This document shows positions 33,933 to 45,930 of a DNA stretch of 64,000 nt, one piece after another. This stretch comes from Candidatus Marinacidobacterales bacterium (GTDB taxonomy: Bacteria; Acidobacteriota; Vicinamibacteria; Marinacidobacterales; SMYC01), in contig OZ250169.1 of NCBI GenBank assembly GCA_965237955.1, forward strand, positions 6,400,001 to 6,464,000, read 5' to 3'. Numbering within the stretch: position 1 is the stretch's first letter; each line of letters begins with the position of its first letter. The notes below the pieces were generated by a model. The model saw only the letters and a program-made list of their open reading frames with translations. It ran no database searches and was not told where the DNA came from. Position numbers and translations under genes: made by a program.

Positions 33933-33965
33933 GGTAGTGGGGTCTTTTCAAAAGACCCCACTACC
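33933..33965. mobile_element. 33-bp palindromic mini-element with 8-bp target duplication
   Basis: gacgagcg [ggtagtggggtctttt c aaaagaccccactacc] gacgagcg. Confidence 0.85.
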
Positions 33966-35151
33966 GACGAGCGCAGCCGCAAGGCCCAGCCCGACAGGAT
34001 TGCGCCGGCTCCAAAGCCGCAGGCGCTCGGCGAGTTTTGGATGTTTGGCTTCAGTAGGCATGTGGGCCAGCCAGCGATCGAGGTCTTTGGCTAGACCTTC
34101 GGCGGAGCGGTAACGGTCCCGGGGGTTCTTCTCGAGGCACTTCAAGGAAATTGCTTCCAGCGTGCGATCGACGCGGGGATTCACCTCCCGCGGTGACCTC
34201 GGCTTCCCCTGCGGATCGCGCACCTGCCGCAATGTTTCTTCAACCGTGTCTCCCCGAAACGGGGCCTCACCCGTCTGCAACGCATACAAGATCGTCCCGA
34301 GCCCATACACGTCACTCAGTGTCGTCACATCTTTTCCATTCGCCTGTTCAGGCGACATGTAGCTGGCGGTTCCGACGATCCTTCCGTACTCGGTCATGTC
34401 GGACCCTGACTCTGCCGACCAATCGCGCTCTAGGTCTGCGACGTCAATCGGCTTCGCAAGCCCGAAATCGCTGACACATGGGCGGTCGGATTTGTGCTCA
34501 TCGGTGTCCAGCAAGATGTTCGATGGCTTCAAATCACGGTGGAGAATTCGCCGCTGGTGGGCGTGATGAACCGCGCGCGACACGTTCACCATCAGCTCCG
34601 CAGCGGATCGTGGGTCTCCAATGAAACGGTATAGATGCTTCTCCAGGCTCCCCCCTGATATGAACTCCATGCTCAAGAAAGGACGCCCCTTGTAATCTTT
34701 GACGTCGAACACCCGCGCAACATGGGGATGTTTCAGCTGTGCCATGCTCTGGGCTTCGAACCGGAAACGTTCCGCCTCTTCAGCCGTGACCATCTCTCGA
34801 GACTTGCTCATCTTCAGAGCGACCCAGGTCTTTAGCTTCTCATCGTAGGCCTTGAGTACGACCGCCTGTCCGCCCTCGCCAAGAGGTGTGATTCTCGTGT
34901 ATCTTTCGAACTCAGGCAAGGAATGACTGACGGAATCGAATCTTCCCCAAAGAAAATCCTCTTTCTCGAAGTGGCTCTGGAGCTCGGCAGCCAGTTCCGA
35001 ATGATCCGCGACGTACCTTTCCCGGAGAAGTCTTAGTTGGACGGCGTCGGCCTGAACAGTCTCGGCTTCCTCCAGGTAGTCGGCCAGCACCATGCTCGCG
35101 CTGTCTGCGCCGGCAAAAGACTCGTTGAGGGGTTTCTTCATGACGAGGAAG

Positions 35152-35721
35152 CTAGCGCAGCGTCTCCAAATTATGACTTAACGTCTCAAGTCCGCGTCTC
35201 AACAATCCTGCGACGCTGGGTTTGGTGCGCTCCATAAACTTGGCCATCTCCGCCAGCGACCACTCCGCAAGATACCGCAGTTCGACGGCCATTCGTTGAT
35301 CTTCAGGCAGGGCGTTCAGGGCTTCGGCGAGAAGCAACTGCCTCTCGTGCCTGGCCAGCTGCTGGCTCGGTGACGTCTGTGCCTGCACCGGCAGCCTAAG
35401 AATTCGTTCCGCGGACTCATCGATCGTTTCCCGATAAGCCTCTTCCAACGCAGCGTCGCGTTTCTTCCTAAAGAAGCGACGCTGTTCGTCAGCAAGTCTG
35501 TTCGCCAGAATCCGTCGCAGCCACGCGGCGAAGTCTTCGGCAGTCTTGCCTCTAAACTGCCCCCGCGCGACGTGAGCCTTTAGCAAAACATCCTGGACCA
35601 AATCCGAAGCATCAACCTTGTTGCGGACCGGCCCGGCCATCGCCAGCTGAACCCGGGCCAGCCCAATCAAATACGGCCGGTACCGCTCCGGACGAAAATC
35701 GGACACGACTTCGCTCGACAT
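35152..35721 (-). CDS. ECF sigma-70 factor, kinase-associated (Planctomycete-type)
   Basis: YRPYLIGLARVQL, DASDLVQDVLLKAH, AWLRRIL, LPEDQRMAVELRY; directly upstream of the kinase. Confidence 0.88.
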   Translation of the reverse strand: MSSEVVSDFRPERYRPYLIGLARVQLAMAGPVRNKVDASDLVQDVLLKAHVARGQFRGKTAEDFAAWLRRILANRLADEQRRFFRKKRDAALEEAYRETIDESAERILRLPVQAQTSPSQQLARHERQLLLAEALNALPEDQRMAVELRYLAEWSLAEMAKFMERTKPSVAGLLRRGLETLSHNLETLR

Positions 35722-35950
35722 CGCAGATAGGCAAGGATATAGCGGAACGAGCCGCTGCCCAAGCGTACTGTGAACGGGATTGCTTTGCGCTCTCCGATGG
35801 CGCCGGCGATCCGGTGTAGCGCTGTGACCCATCGGCGGCTCTTCCATCAGCGCGGGTCGAATCCGGCCTTGCGTTTTCTCATCGATATTGCCCCGTCCGC
35901 GGTTCGAACCTCGCTAGATGTCGTCTTTAGAAGTGAAGACGAATGGAGGC

Positions 35951-36478
35951 CCTATGGAGCCGCAACTCAACATGACTCAAAATCAGAAAGAACTCTACGA
36001 GCGCATTTGCACATTCCGATTCGACGAGGGGGGAACGGCATTCCCGTTTGCCGCGCGTTTGGCGCGGGACAACGGTTGGTCAAGGGGCTACACCGCCCGC
36101 GTCATTACGGAGTACCGGCGGTTTGCATTTTTGGCCGTCGCGGCGGGTCACCCCGTTTCGCCGTCCGATCAGGTCGATCAGGCGTGGCACCTGCACCTGC
36201 TGTACACAAGATCCTATTGGCAGCACTTTTGCGGTGAACTCCTGAACACACTGCTGCATCACGAACCGACACAAGGCGGTTGCCAAGAACGAGACAAGTT
36301 CTACGGGTGGTACGAACGGACATTGGAAAGCTATGGCCGCGTCTTCGGACAGGAACCGCCGGCAGATATCTGGCGGAACGCCGAAGTTCGGTTCGGCGAC
36401 GATATTCACTTCGAAAGAGTAAACACGAAATGCTCTTGGATCATTCCGAAACCATGGGCGAAAGGGGGATCGTCATGA
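35951..36478 (+). CDS. Glycine-rich-domain (GRDP/DUF1399-like) protein
   Basis: FAARLARDNGWS, EYRRFAFL, PSDQVDQAWHLHLLYTRSYW. Confidence 0.8.
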   Translation, partial: PMEPQLNMTQNQKELYERICTFRFDEGGTAFPFAARLARDNGWSRGYTARVITEYRRFAFLAVAAGHPVSPSDQVDQAWHLHLLYTRSYWQHFCGELLNTLLHHEPTQGGCQERDKFYGWYERTLESYGRVFGQEPPADIWRNAEVRFGDDIHFERVNTKCSWIIPKPWAKGGSS

Positions 36479-37332
36479 TGAATCCGATCACAAGTCTGTC
36501 TGGAGGAGAATTCCTTTTTTTCTTCCTGATCATCAGCGCCGCGACACTGGTGGCGTGCCGCTGGTACGTTCTCTCCACGGACCCTACGAATTCGATGACG
36601 GCACGTGAGGTTCCCCGTGAGGTGGACTCTTATGAGCTAGCGTACATGCATGGCGGAGAGAACGAGCTAACACGTGTGATTGTCGTCGCGCTGGCCGAGC
36701 GCGGCTGTCTGCGGATCACGACCGCGAAGAGCCTTTTTTTCACAAATCCCGAGAGAACAATCAAACAAACGGGCCCCTGTCCGGGAGCGGATGTGTTGTC
36801 TGCCATGGAGCACACCGTTTACGACTGGTTCTCTACGGCCCGAACAGCCGAGGAGGTCTTCGGAGGAGACTTGCCAGCGCAGGTGGGCTCGTACTGTCTC
36901 GACTACGAAGAGAAGCTACAACAGGAGCATCTACTGCGTGATGAGTCCTCTGAGGCTGTTGGCTGGAACGCGCGTCTGCTGGGCGGTGCCGCCATCGTGG
37001 GGATTGGGGGCCTCCGGTTACTCGTCGGTCTCGACCGTGGGGAACCGGTAGGTTTTCTTGCCGGCATGCTCCTCGTTAGCGTCGTGATTCTGATGGCTAT
37101 CTGCTCCTCGCAACGGCTTACTGCTCGGGGTAAGGCCTACATCGAGCAGTTGAAGCTGTCACCGGACACTCTCGAGTACTCCACCGGGACCCGTTACGCG
37201 CTCGCCACAGCTCTTCTTGGCGTTTCGGGTCTGGCCGGAACTCCCTACGAAGAATTCGGGGACATGTTCAAGAAAAGTCAGTCTTCGTCCGCAGGCGGTT
37301 GTGGCGGCGGTTGTGGCGGCGGTTGCGGATAG
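36475..37332 (+). CDS. TIGR04222-domain membrane protein
   Basis: GGEFLFFF, YELAYMHGG, RLTARG, C-terminal GGCGGGCGGGCG; ATGA overlap with the upstream gene. Confidence 0.82.
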   Translation: MMNPITSLSGGEFLFFFLIISAATLVACRWYVLSTDPTNSMTAREVPREVDSYELAYMHGGENELTRVIVVALAERGCLRITTAKSLFFTNPERTIKQTGPCPGADVLSAMEHTVYDWFSTARTAEEVFGGDLPAQVGSYCLDYEEKLQQEHLLRDESSEAVGWNARLLGGAAIVGIGGLRLLVGLDRGEPVGFLAGMLLVSVVILMAICSSQRLTARGKAYIEQLKLSPDTLEYSTGTRYALATALLGVSGLAGTPYEEFGDMFKKSQSSSAGGCGGGCGGGCG

Positions 37333-37364
37333 CCATAGAGTTAACCCTACAGGGAGAATCCAAC

Positions 37365-38825
37365 ATGTCGACAAGAGCGAAAAATCTATTGTCTGTTATC
37401 GGACCGGGGATCCTGGTAGCGGCCACGGGCATTGGAGCCGGCGACCTCGCCACCGCCGCCTTCACCGGCAGCATGCTTGGTATGACCGTTCTCTGGGCTG
37501 TAGTGCTCGGGGCCTTTCTGAAGTTTGTTCTCAACGAAGGTCTCACCCGCTGGCAACTGGCGACAGGAGACACGCTTCTGGAAGGCTGTGTCGCACGCTT
37601 CGGCAGCCCGGTGCAATGGATCTTCCTGTCCTATCTGGTCATCTGGAGTTTTCTGGTCGGAGCGGCATTGATGAGCGCCGTGGGCGTCACCTGCCATGCC
37701 ATCTTCCCACTGTTCGGCGAGGCGAACGTGAATGTGAACAAAATCTTCTACGGCGTTCTACATAGCGCCGTCGCCATTGTCCTGGTCAGAGTCGGTGGCT
37801 ATGGCCTATTCGAAAAAGTCATGAGCGCCTGTATCGGCGTCATGTTCGTCGTGGTCGTGCTTACGGCCATCGCGTTGTCGCCGCCCATCGGAAGCGTGGT
37901 AGCGGGGTTGGTGTGGCCGACCATCCCTACGGGAGGGATGGCGTGGACCGTTGCGTTGATGGGTGGTGTCGGCGGGACACTGACCGTCTTGTGCTACGGG
38001 TATTGGATTCGTGAAGAAGGGCGCCAGGGTGTCGAGGACTTGAAAACGTGTCGCATCGACTTGGCGTCGGCATACGTTATGACCGCGATCTTTGGTTTGG
38101 CCATGGTCGTCATTGGCAGCAGGCTGGGATCGACGGCGGCGGGAGGTGCGACGCTGTTCGTTGATGTCGCCCAACAGCTTGACGTCACACTGGGGCCGAT
38201 GGCCAAATGGGCGTTTCTGCTTGGTGCCTGGGGGGCCGTGTTCAGCAGTCTCCTGGGAGTATGGCAGAGCGTACCGTATCTGTTTGCGGACTTCTGGTTC
38301 CTCACAAAGCGCGCTCGCAGCGAGCAACAGACCTATCGAGTGGATACGAAATCACTGCCCTATCAAGCGTACCTGTTTGGCATTGCCCTGGTTCCCATCA
38401 TTGGTCTGGTCGCAGTGGACTTCAAAACGATGCAGCAGACCTATGCTGTCGTCGGAGCGCTATTCATCCCGATGCTGGCGCTTGTCTTGCTTTGGCTCAA
38501 TGGTCGCACGAAATGGGTGGGCGCTCAATGCAAGAACTCATTTTGGACCTCGCTGGTCCTGATCGCCACGCTGCTCTTTTTCATTCTCGCGGGGTCGCTG
38601 GCGATTCGCAGCAAGCTGTTTACCTCGGCGTCGCCGGTCATGGACCGCCCGCAACCGGCCGCCCTGAAACCGGCCCCGTTAACTCCCGGTTGCGAACGCC
38701 CAGCTCTTGTGGACCATCACGCACTACTCTGCGGTTCACAAGAAGGTGAGGCACGTGGAGATTCAGCCCTTCAAGGGTTTTGGTGCATGGCGACGCCGCG
38801 GGGGCAAGGTCACCTTAGCGTATGA
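37365..38825 (+). CDS. Nramp-family (MntH-like) divalent metal transporter; the last ~60 aa may be non-native
   Basis: GPGILVAATGIGAGDL, multiple TM helices, GGVGGT. Confidence 0.82.
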   Translation: MSTRAKNLLSVIGPGILVAATGIGAGDLATAAFTGSMLGMTVLWAVVLGAFLKFVLNEGLTRWQLATGDTLLEGCVARFGSPVQWIFLSYLVIWSFLVGAALMSAVGVTCHAIFPLFGEANVNVNKIFYGVLHSAVAIVLVRVGGYGLFEKVMSACIGVMFVVVVLTAIALSPPIGSVVAGLVWPTIPTGGMAWTVALMGGVGGTLTVLCYGYWIREEGRQGVEDLKTCRIDLASAYVMTAIFGLAMVVIGSRLGSTAAGGATLFVDVAQQLDVTLGPMAKWAFLLGAWGAVFSSLLGVWQSVPYLFADFWFLTKRARSEQQTYRVDTKSLPYQAYLFGIALVPIIGLVAVDFKTMQQTYAVVGALFIPMLALVLLWLNGRTKWVGAQCKNSFWTSLVLIATLLFFILAGSLAIRSKLFTSASPVMDRPQPAALKPAPLTPGCERPALVDHHALLCGSQEGEARGDSALQGFWCMATPRGQGHLSV

Positions 38826-39137
38826 TTGACAGTTCAACCAACCGGAGTCGAAAGCAATCATGCGCTATCCGAAGAGGAGCCAGCACAAGTACACGAAGAA
38901 GCCATACCGCTTGCGGAACTGGCCAGAGTATGAGCAGGCTCTGCGTCGTCGAGGCGACCTGATTCTATGGTTCTCCGAGGAAGCGATCGCGGCGTGGCAT
39001 GCGCCGGCTGAATCGAAGCCAGGCGGCCAGCGGGTCTATTCGGACCTCGCTATCGAGACCGCCTTGACGGTACGCTCCGTCTACCATCTTGCACTGCGTC
39101 AGACGGAGGGTTTCCTCGAGTCTCTATCGGTACGGCT
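38776..39137 (+). mobile_element. IS5-family 5' fragment
   Basis: End ggttttggtgcatg; RNWPEYEQALRRRGDL, LRQTEGF. Confidence 0.8.
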
Positions 39138-39309
39138 CGGCGAGGAACTGGTCGGGAGGCAACAAGACCTCATCCGTGACCGTGGTGAATAACGTTGCTC
39201 GATCGCATTCAGACCATACCAGCCTACGTAGGCGAGCGACTGGACCAGTGATACGATGCGGCTATGCGCTCCATGCTCCGATTTCCAGGCGGGAAGATGC
39301 TCCAAATCC

Positions 39310-39640
39310 CGTAGGATTATGCCGCGTACGAGTAAAAGAAAGTCAACGTTTGGGCAGCAAGTGTCAGCCTACGCGGCATAATCCTGTAGTTCGGCATGAC
39401 GCTGCTACTACAATTTCGTTCGACCGCACGGGCTCTCAAATTCGGACGAGAGACCCGGACGCCGGCGATGCAGGCTGGGCTCGCCCCGCGGCGCTTGAGT
39501 CTCAGGGAGGTATTCGTGCGCACGTCGACATTATTAATGGAGAGCGCCGCGACGGTGTTCGCCAGCGCACCGAGGCGGCCAACCCACACGAGTATTCAAA
39601 TGCCCTTGGCGGCGTAGCAACAATTGATGGCGTAAGCACC
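39310..39640 (+). mobile_element. IS1-family 3' remnant
   Basis: ALKFGRETRTPAMQAGL; end ttgatggcgtaagcacc similar to the end at 21873. Confidence 0.75.
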
Positions 39641-39859
39641 CTGGTGTCTGAGAGAATGGGCCAATGAACAGCAAGTCGCCGAGCTACCACGGCGATCGAT
39701 TTCCACCTGATATCATCAGCCACGCGGTCTGGATCTACCTCCGATTCTGTATGAGCTTTCGAGATGTGGAAGTTCTGCTCGCCCAACGCGGCGTGAGTCG
39801 AACGGAGACGTTACTCCGCTGGCGCCGGCTTGCTCGCGCAACGTCAACTTGGCAGTACC
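39641..39859 (+). mobile_element. IS6-family deleted remnant
   Basis: RFPPDIISHAVWIYLRFCMSFRDVE; end caacttggcagtacc. Confidence 0.75.
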
Positions 39860-39869
39860 GTCTCGACCC

Positions 39870-42438
39870 ATGACCGTATTCGGAAAGGCCGCTGCCTGGG
39901 TACTCGCGGTGGCTGTGTTTCCTAGCTCGGTGGCCGCCCAGGATTGGGTGGAGGTTCGGACGCCGCACTTCGTACTTCTCAGCAATACCGACTCCCGACG
40001 CGCCAGAAATGTCGCCCTCGAGTTCGAGCAAGCGCGAGAGCTGTTCCGAGTCGCCATTTCGTCCGACGTGGATACCGCGCTTCCGGTCGTCATCTTCGCG
40101 GTCCGAAACCGAACTGATTTGCGGGCGCTTCTCCCCGGACTCGAGGGCGAGCTTCCTATCGGCGTGTTTCATCGATCACCCGATCAGCACCGCATTGCGG
40201 TACGGCTGGACGAACCGTCAGAGCAACGCTTTCACACGGTCTACCACGAGTACCACCATCTTCTTTTTCGCTCCGCGGTGACGCGCGCGCCAGTTTGGCT
40301 CACGGAAGGGCTCGCCGAGTTCTGGTCGACGATGGAAACGCGACGTGACGGGAGCGTGGAAATCGGACGTCCCAACCCGCGGCACCTTCGAGCGCTTCGG
40401 CTCGGATCGATGATGCCGCTCGATCGGCTGCTGGAGTTCGACGGCCGAATCCACGAGCAACCAGGCGAGCGCATCGCAATCTTCTATGCCCAGTCTTGGG
40501 CCGTCGTCCACTATCTGATGCTCGGCGAAGGGGCCGGCGGTCGGCGGAAGCTCGATCGCTATATCGGGCTCGTCGAGCGTGGCGGCGATCCGGTGGAGGC
40601 GTTCGTGACTGTTTACGGCTCGGTGCGGGCGGTAGAGCGCAAGCTCGCCGAGCAGGTGGACCGCACGATGTTTCCCGCCATGAGGACGGAAGTTCCTCCT
40701 CCGCCCCCGGCGTCCGAATTCCAAATCCGTGAGCTCTCTGACGCGGAAGCGTACGCCGCCATCGGAACGTTCGTGGCCACTGGGCCTTGGCCTCGAGAAG
40801 CGCGTGGCCACTTGGAACGCGCTCTCGCAGACGATCCTGGCTCGACCGCCGCGATGGAGGGAATGGGATATATGAGCCTCCGCGAGGGGGATCTCGAAGC
40901 GGCCGAGGCGTGGTTCGAAAAAGCCGCGGACTCGGACGAGACGAGCTACGTCGCGCGCTATTACCAAGCGGTGCTAGTTCCCATGGAACAGAAAAAGCTA
41001 GACAACACTGGCCCTTCTGTGATCTGCTAAATGCATGAAACACAAGGGCCGGCGAAAAGGCGAATTGAAGCTGGCGTCTCAAGAAAGCGAAGCGCTGACG
41101 CGACTGGCGCGACGCAGCCGTAGTTCGCCGCACCAAGCCTTCCGAGCGAAGATCGTGCTGGATTGCGCGGCGGGTCTGACGAATATGGAAGTTGCTAGGA
41201 AGATGCACACCATGAGGAGCACGGTGGGCAAGTGGCGAAGACGCTTTGTAGAACAACGAATGGAAGGGTTGTACGACGAACCTCGGCCGGGAGCGGCTCG
41301 CAAAATCGGCGATGACCAGATCGAGGAAGTCGTGACCAAGACGCTGGAGACGACTCCAAAGGGGAGAACCCATTGGAGTACGCGCTCGATGGCCAAGCAT
41401 CTTGGGCTGAGTCATTCGACGATTGGACGTATTTGGCGAACGTTCGGGCTTCAACCGCACCGCTCGGAATCGTTTCGTCTCTCGCAAGACCCACAACTGG
41501 TCGAAAAAGTACGCGACGTTGTTGGCCTGTATATGAACCCACCGGATAACGCGGTCGTCCTGTGCGTCGACGAGAAATCGCAGATTCAAGCGCTCGAGCG
41601 TGCTCAACCTGTCCTGCCCATGAGCTTGGGCCAGCCCGAGCGACAAACCCACGACTACATTCGGCATGGAACGACTGACCTGTTTGCCGCACTCGACGCC
41701 GCAACAGGTGAAGTCTTCGGAAAGTGCTACGCGCGACATCGAGCGCTAGAGTTCGAGAAGTTCCTCGCTGAGATCGAAGCAGCCGTTCCCAGCGAGTTGG
41801 ACATCCACGTCGTGCTCGACAATCTCGCCACGCACAAGACACCGGCGATCAAACGCTGGCTTTCCAAGCGACCTCGGTTCCACTTTCACTTCACACCGAC
41901 ACACGCCTCTTGGCTCAACTTCGCTGAGCGCTTCTTTGGCTTGCTCACCGAACACGCCTTGCGACGAGGCTCGCACACGAGCGTGCCTCAGCTCCGCGTT
42001 GCGATACAAGACTATCTCGATGCTCACAACGAGAACCCAAAGCCGTTCAAGTGGACGAAATCCGCCGACCAAATCCTCGAAACCATCGCTCGGTTCGCCC
42101 AGCGAACGCTCGATACACATGGCAAATCGAATTTGGACAGTAATTAAAGATCCAGGGGACTAGTGAAACAGCGCATGGGACCGGACGACAAGGCTGAGAC
42201 CAGCCTCAGGCGCGCGATCGAGCTGAACCCTAACTTCGCTCCCGCCTTAGTGGTGTTGAGCGCGCACCTCGCCGTCGACGTTGAACGTCTCAACGAAGCG
42301 TTGGCGCTCGCGACGAAAGCGACGGACCTCGCCCCGGACGTGAGTGGCACGTGGCGCAACCTCGCCCATGTCCTCGAGCGCATGGGTCGACCGGACGAGG
42401 CACGCCAAGCCATGGAGAGGGGGAGCGACGGTCGGTGA
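39870..42438 (+). pseudogene. DUF1570-like HExxH/TPR secreted protein split by IS630
   Basis: WVEVRTPHF, HEYHH, PVWLTEGLAE, FYAQSW; TPR tail resumes in frame after 42163. Confidence 0.8.
40974..42163 (+). mobile_element. IS630-family element; intact transposase 41035-42147
   Basis: CTAG at both ends; IR ctagttcccatggaac / gatccaggggactag; [25 protein letters not shown]. Confidence 0.93.
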
Positions 42439-42529
42439 AACTTCTTCACGTCAACGCCCGGCTGGATAGTGGAGGCTCGTCTCGCAGCCCAAACTGATTA
42501 GGTTGAGGCAAGAATGTTGTCTCAAGCGG

Positions 42530-42650
42530 ACAAGGCTCTCATAATTTCAATATTCACCTGGACCGCCAGTGGGCTGCGAAGCACACTCGAGAGCATGGCG
42601 ATTCCCAGTTCTGTAAAGGCGTAGGGGCGGTATCGTCGACCGCCGCGGTT
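42530..42650 (-). pseudogene. ORF6N-domain protein remnant
   Basis: [37 protein letters not shown]. Confidence 0.7.
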
Positions 42651-42806
42651 TCAACGCTCTTCGTGTGCACAATTCACTTCAATTCACTTGCTCCGTCCGC
42701 AAGCTACTCCCCTCGCTCTTCCTGCACCCCGAATGCCATCTTGCTTCACAAAAAGCCGAGGGGAAGGCCGTCACCCGAACACCCTTGGCCCGCCCCGCTT
42801 GCTCCA

Positions 42807-45700
42807 TGCGTATTCCAGCCATCGTGAACGCCGAATCCAGAGCAAGCTGAACAGCGAATCCGGTGAAGCCGAACGCTCATCGAAGCGATGAAGTGTTGGG
42901 TGACCTCCTTCCCACTGATTGAAAACGTGAACCTATCTTACCTGCGTGTTGTGTAGCAAGGGGCGGCAGGTCGGTGCCGGAGGGAGCGGGCGTAAGGAAA
43001 GACGCGAAGCGACCTTCCCGCTCCCGTAGGCAGCGACCTGCCGCGGCCGAACCCCGGGCGATGTGGGGCTGGTTTCGGGGGGTTGCTGGGGTATGGCCTG
43101 GCTCGAGAAGACGCTTCCTGAGGCATTCTCGCGCGTCGTTTTGGCGCCGCATCGTCTGGTACCCCGGGTTTGGCGGTTTCACCCGTTTTTATCGCATCGA
43201 CGCTGTGGTCCCTCGCTCGCTCATGCATCGGCGTTGTCAAATGCCTTTGGCGCAGCCTTGGTCTTTCTCAGAGAAGCTCCTTTGAGAGTGATGCGGTGCG
43301 CGCTGTGGAGAATGCGATCGCAGATAGCGTCTGCCTGGTTTGGGTCGCCAATCGCTTCGTGCCACTGCTTGAGCGGAATCTGGGTCGCGATGAGTGTGGA
43401 GCCACGCTCGGCGCGGTCTTCGATGACCTCCATTAGATCCCGTCTCTCCGATTCTTTCAGCGGGTGAAGCAGCTTGGCGAGTTTCGTCAAAAGCCGGACT
43501 TACTGGCTATCGATGATTGGCGTAGGAACCATCACCACGAGCGACCGCGAGCTCGTGGAGCAAGCGCGGTGCTCGCACGTAGCATCCGGTGAAGCCGCGA
43601 CGACAGGCCCGCTCCACGAAGGCGCAAGCCAAGAACGATTTGCCAATCCCCGTCGGGCCGGTGATGAGCAGGTTATGGCGCTCACCGACAAAGCGGCAGT
43701 TGCCCAGGCTCAAGATCTGTTCGCGGTTTAAGCCTCGAGGCGCTTGGAAGTTCACGTTCTCCAAACATGCCGGATAGCGGAGCTTTGCCGCTCGCAGTCG
43801 TCGAGAAAGCTTACGCTGTTCGCGGGCGGTCCACTCGGCATCGACCAGGAGTCCCACACGTTCCTCGAAGCTCAGCTCCTTGTATTCGCTCGAGCTCAAC
43901 TGGGTTTCGAACGCGGACACCAAGCCGAACAACTTCATGGCGTTCATCTTTTCTATCGTTTCGGGTGTCAGCATCGGGACTCTCCTCCTTCGTAGTGATC
44001 CGCGCCTCGGATGTTCTCGTGCTCCTCTCGCGGTTTCGCTTCGGCGTCCGATTCGAGCACCACACGATCCAGACCAGCCGAGAGAATGTTTTTCACCGTG
44101 CGATAGCTGTAAGAGCTCAAAGCTTCCGCTCGTGCGCAAGCGGCCTCGAGACGCTCACTGCCCCAGCGGCTGCCTAGTCGCATGACTCCCAGGCAAGAGC
44201 GAAATCCCTGCTCCGGGTGAGGCCGACTCTCTAGAATCCCCGCAACCAGCCTTCCCGTGGCGCGACCTGACTGCTCCGCCCAGTGGAGCAGCCGCGACGG
44301 CGTCCACTCCAGGTGCTCCCGATGCGAACGTGGCATATGCTCCGGGTTCGTGGAGTAGTGCCCCTTTCCTTTCTTGCGGGGATGCGACGCGACGCGCTTT
44401 CCCTTGAACAGGACCTCCACCACCGAGGCCGTCACCCGTGCCTCGACTTTCTCGTGAATGAGCTGATAGGGAACGCTGTACAAGTTGTTCTCCACCTCCA
44501 CGTGGTAGTCGATGTTCACTCTGCACCGCTTCCACGTCGATAACTCGTAGCTCTCCTGCGGTAGCGGTTTCAGTACGGGCCGGTCTAGCCTTTCGTACAA
44601 CTCCCGCCGACTCACACCGAGCTTCTGCATCGGACGCGCATTCAGGACCTCTAACTTCTCCCAGATGGCTTCGTTCAGTTCCGCCAGGCTGAAGAACGTG
44701 CGATGACGAAGCACCGCCAGGATCCAGCGCTGCGCCACCTGCACTGCCGACTCCACCTTCGCTTTGTCTTTCGGCTTGAACACCCGAGCCGGGACCACAA
44801 CCGCACCGTAATGCGTCGCCAGCTCTTCGTACGTCCGGTTGATCCCTGGCTCGTAACGGTCCACCAAATCCACGCCGCTCTTCAAGTTGTCCGGAACCCA
44901 GATCTCCGTACTGCCACCGAAGTAATCCGACATCCCCTTATGGGCCTTCGCCCACGATTCCAGCGACTGGTTCAGTGTCGCTTCGACGTAGGTGTAACTG
45001 CTCGCGCCCAACGTCCCGACGAACAGCTCCATTTCGACGAGCTCTCCCGTTTTCGGATCGACGATGTGAGGCTTCTTCCCCGAAAAATCGACGAATGTCT
45101 TCTCGCCTGCTCGATGCCGTTGACGCATCGTCGGGTTCAGCTTCTTCTTCCACTGACCGTACAGCTCGCAATAACGGCTGTAGCCGTACGCTCCCGGCTT
45201 ATTCTCCGCGTACTCCACCCACAGCTGCAGCAACGTCAGCTCTCGGTGACGCCTCAGCTCCTCGTGGATGTGGGCATAGTCCAGACCCGGCCGTGCGCCA
45301 GACGAGCCCGGCGGCGGAAACAGCCCTGCCTCCAGCTCCCCGTCGCTCAGCTCCTCCGGGAGCGGCCAGCTCAGACCACCCTTCTTCGCCTTGGCCAGGT
45401 ACTCACTCACCGTTCCAACCGCCACGCGAAGTGCCTTTGCGATCATGCGGTGAGTAAAACCCAGCTCGTACTTTAACCTTAGAACCTCTCGTATTTTTCT
45501 CATCGATAACCTCTTAGCTGCCATTTCCTAGATCGTCCTCCTTCCGGGTACGACCTAGAGTTGCCTTGAAACGTGCTATCGATGAGCGTTCGCGATGCCG
45601 GAACCGGCGTTCACCTTCCCCGGAATCCGTGTTCACGATGCTTTGGAATGGATGTTCACCTTCGGCTGGAATCTGCGTTCACGATGCCCCGGAATACGCA
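42807..45700 (-). mobile_element. istA: IS21-family element, copy 1: istA 43968-45524 intact, istB 43221-43974 scrambled
   Basis: TG...CA ends; flanks gctcca/actcca; PDNLKS, DKAKVE; Walker A GPTGIGKS. Confidence 0.95.
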
Positions 45701-45813
45701 ACTCCACGCGGCATGAAATTTCCTATCATTCGACCGGCGTAGCATATGATTGCAATTCGAGCCGGAGCTGAGAGCAAGAATGCGCTACCCGAAAAGGAGC
45801 CAGCACAAGTACA

Positions 45814-45930
45814 GGTATTGTCAAGTTGAGAGCTCCCAGGCTCCCAGGGCGATCCGACCGCAAAATTTGGTTGACGGCGTACGCTCTAACTCCACTATAT
45901 TGGGGCCCGATCCGCCAACTTGACAATACC
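45814..45930. mobile_element. 117-bp IS6-type MITE
   Basis: Perfect 15-bp IR ggtattgtcaagttg; abuts a short IS5 start (MRYPKRSQHKY, 45780). Confidence 0.8.
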
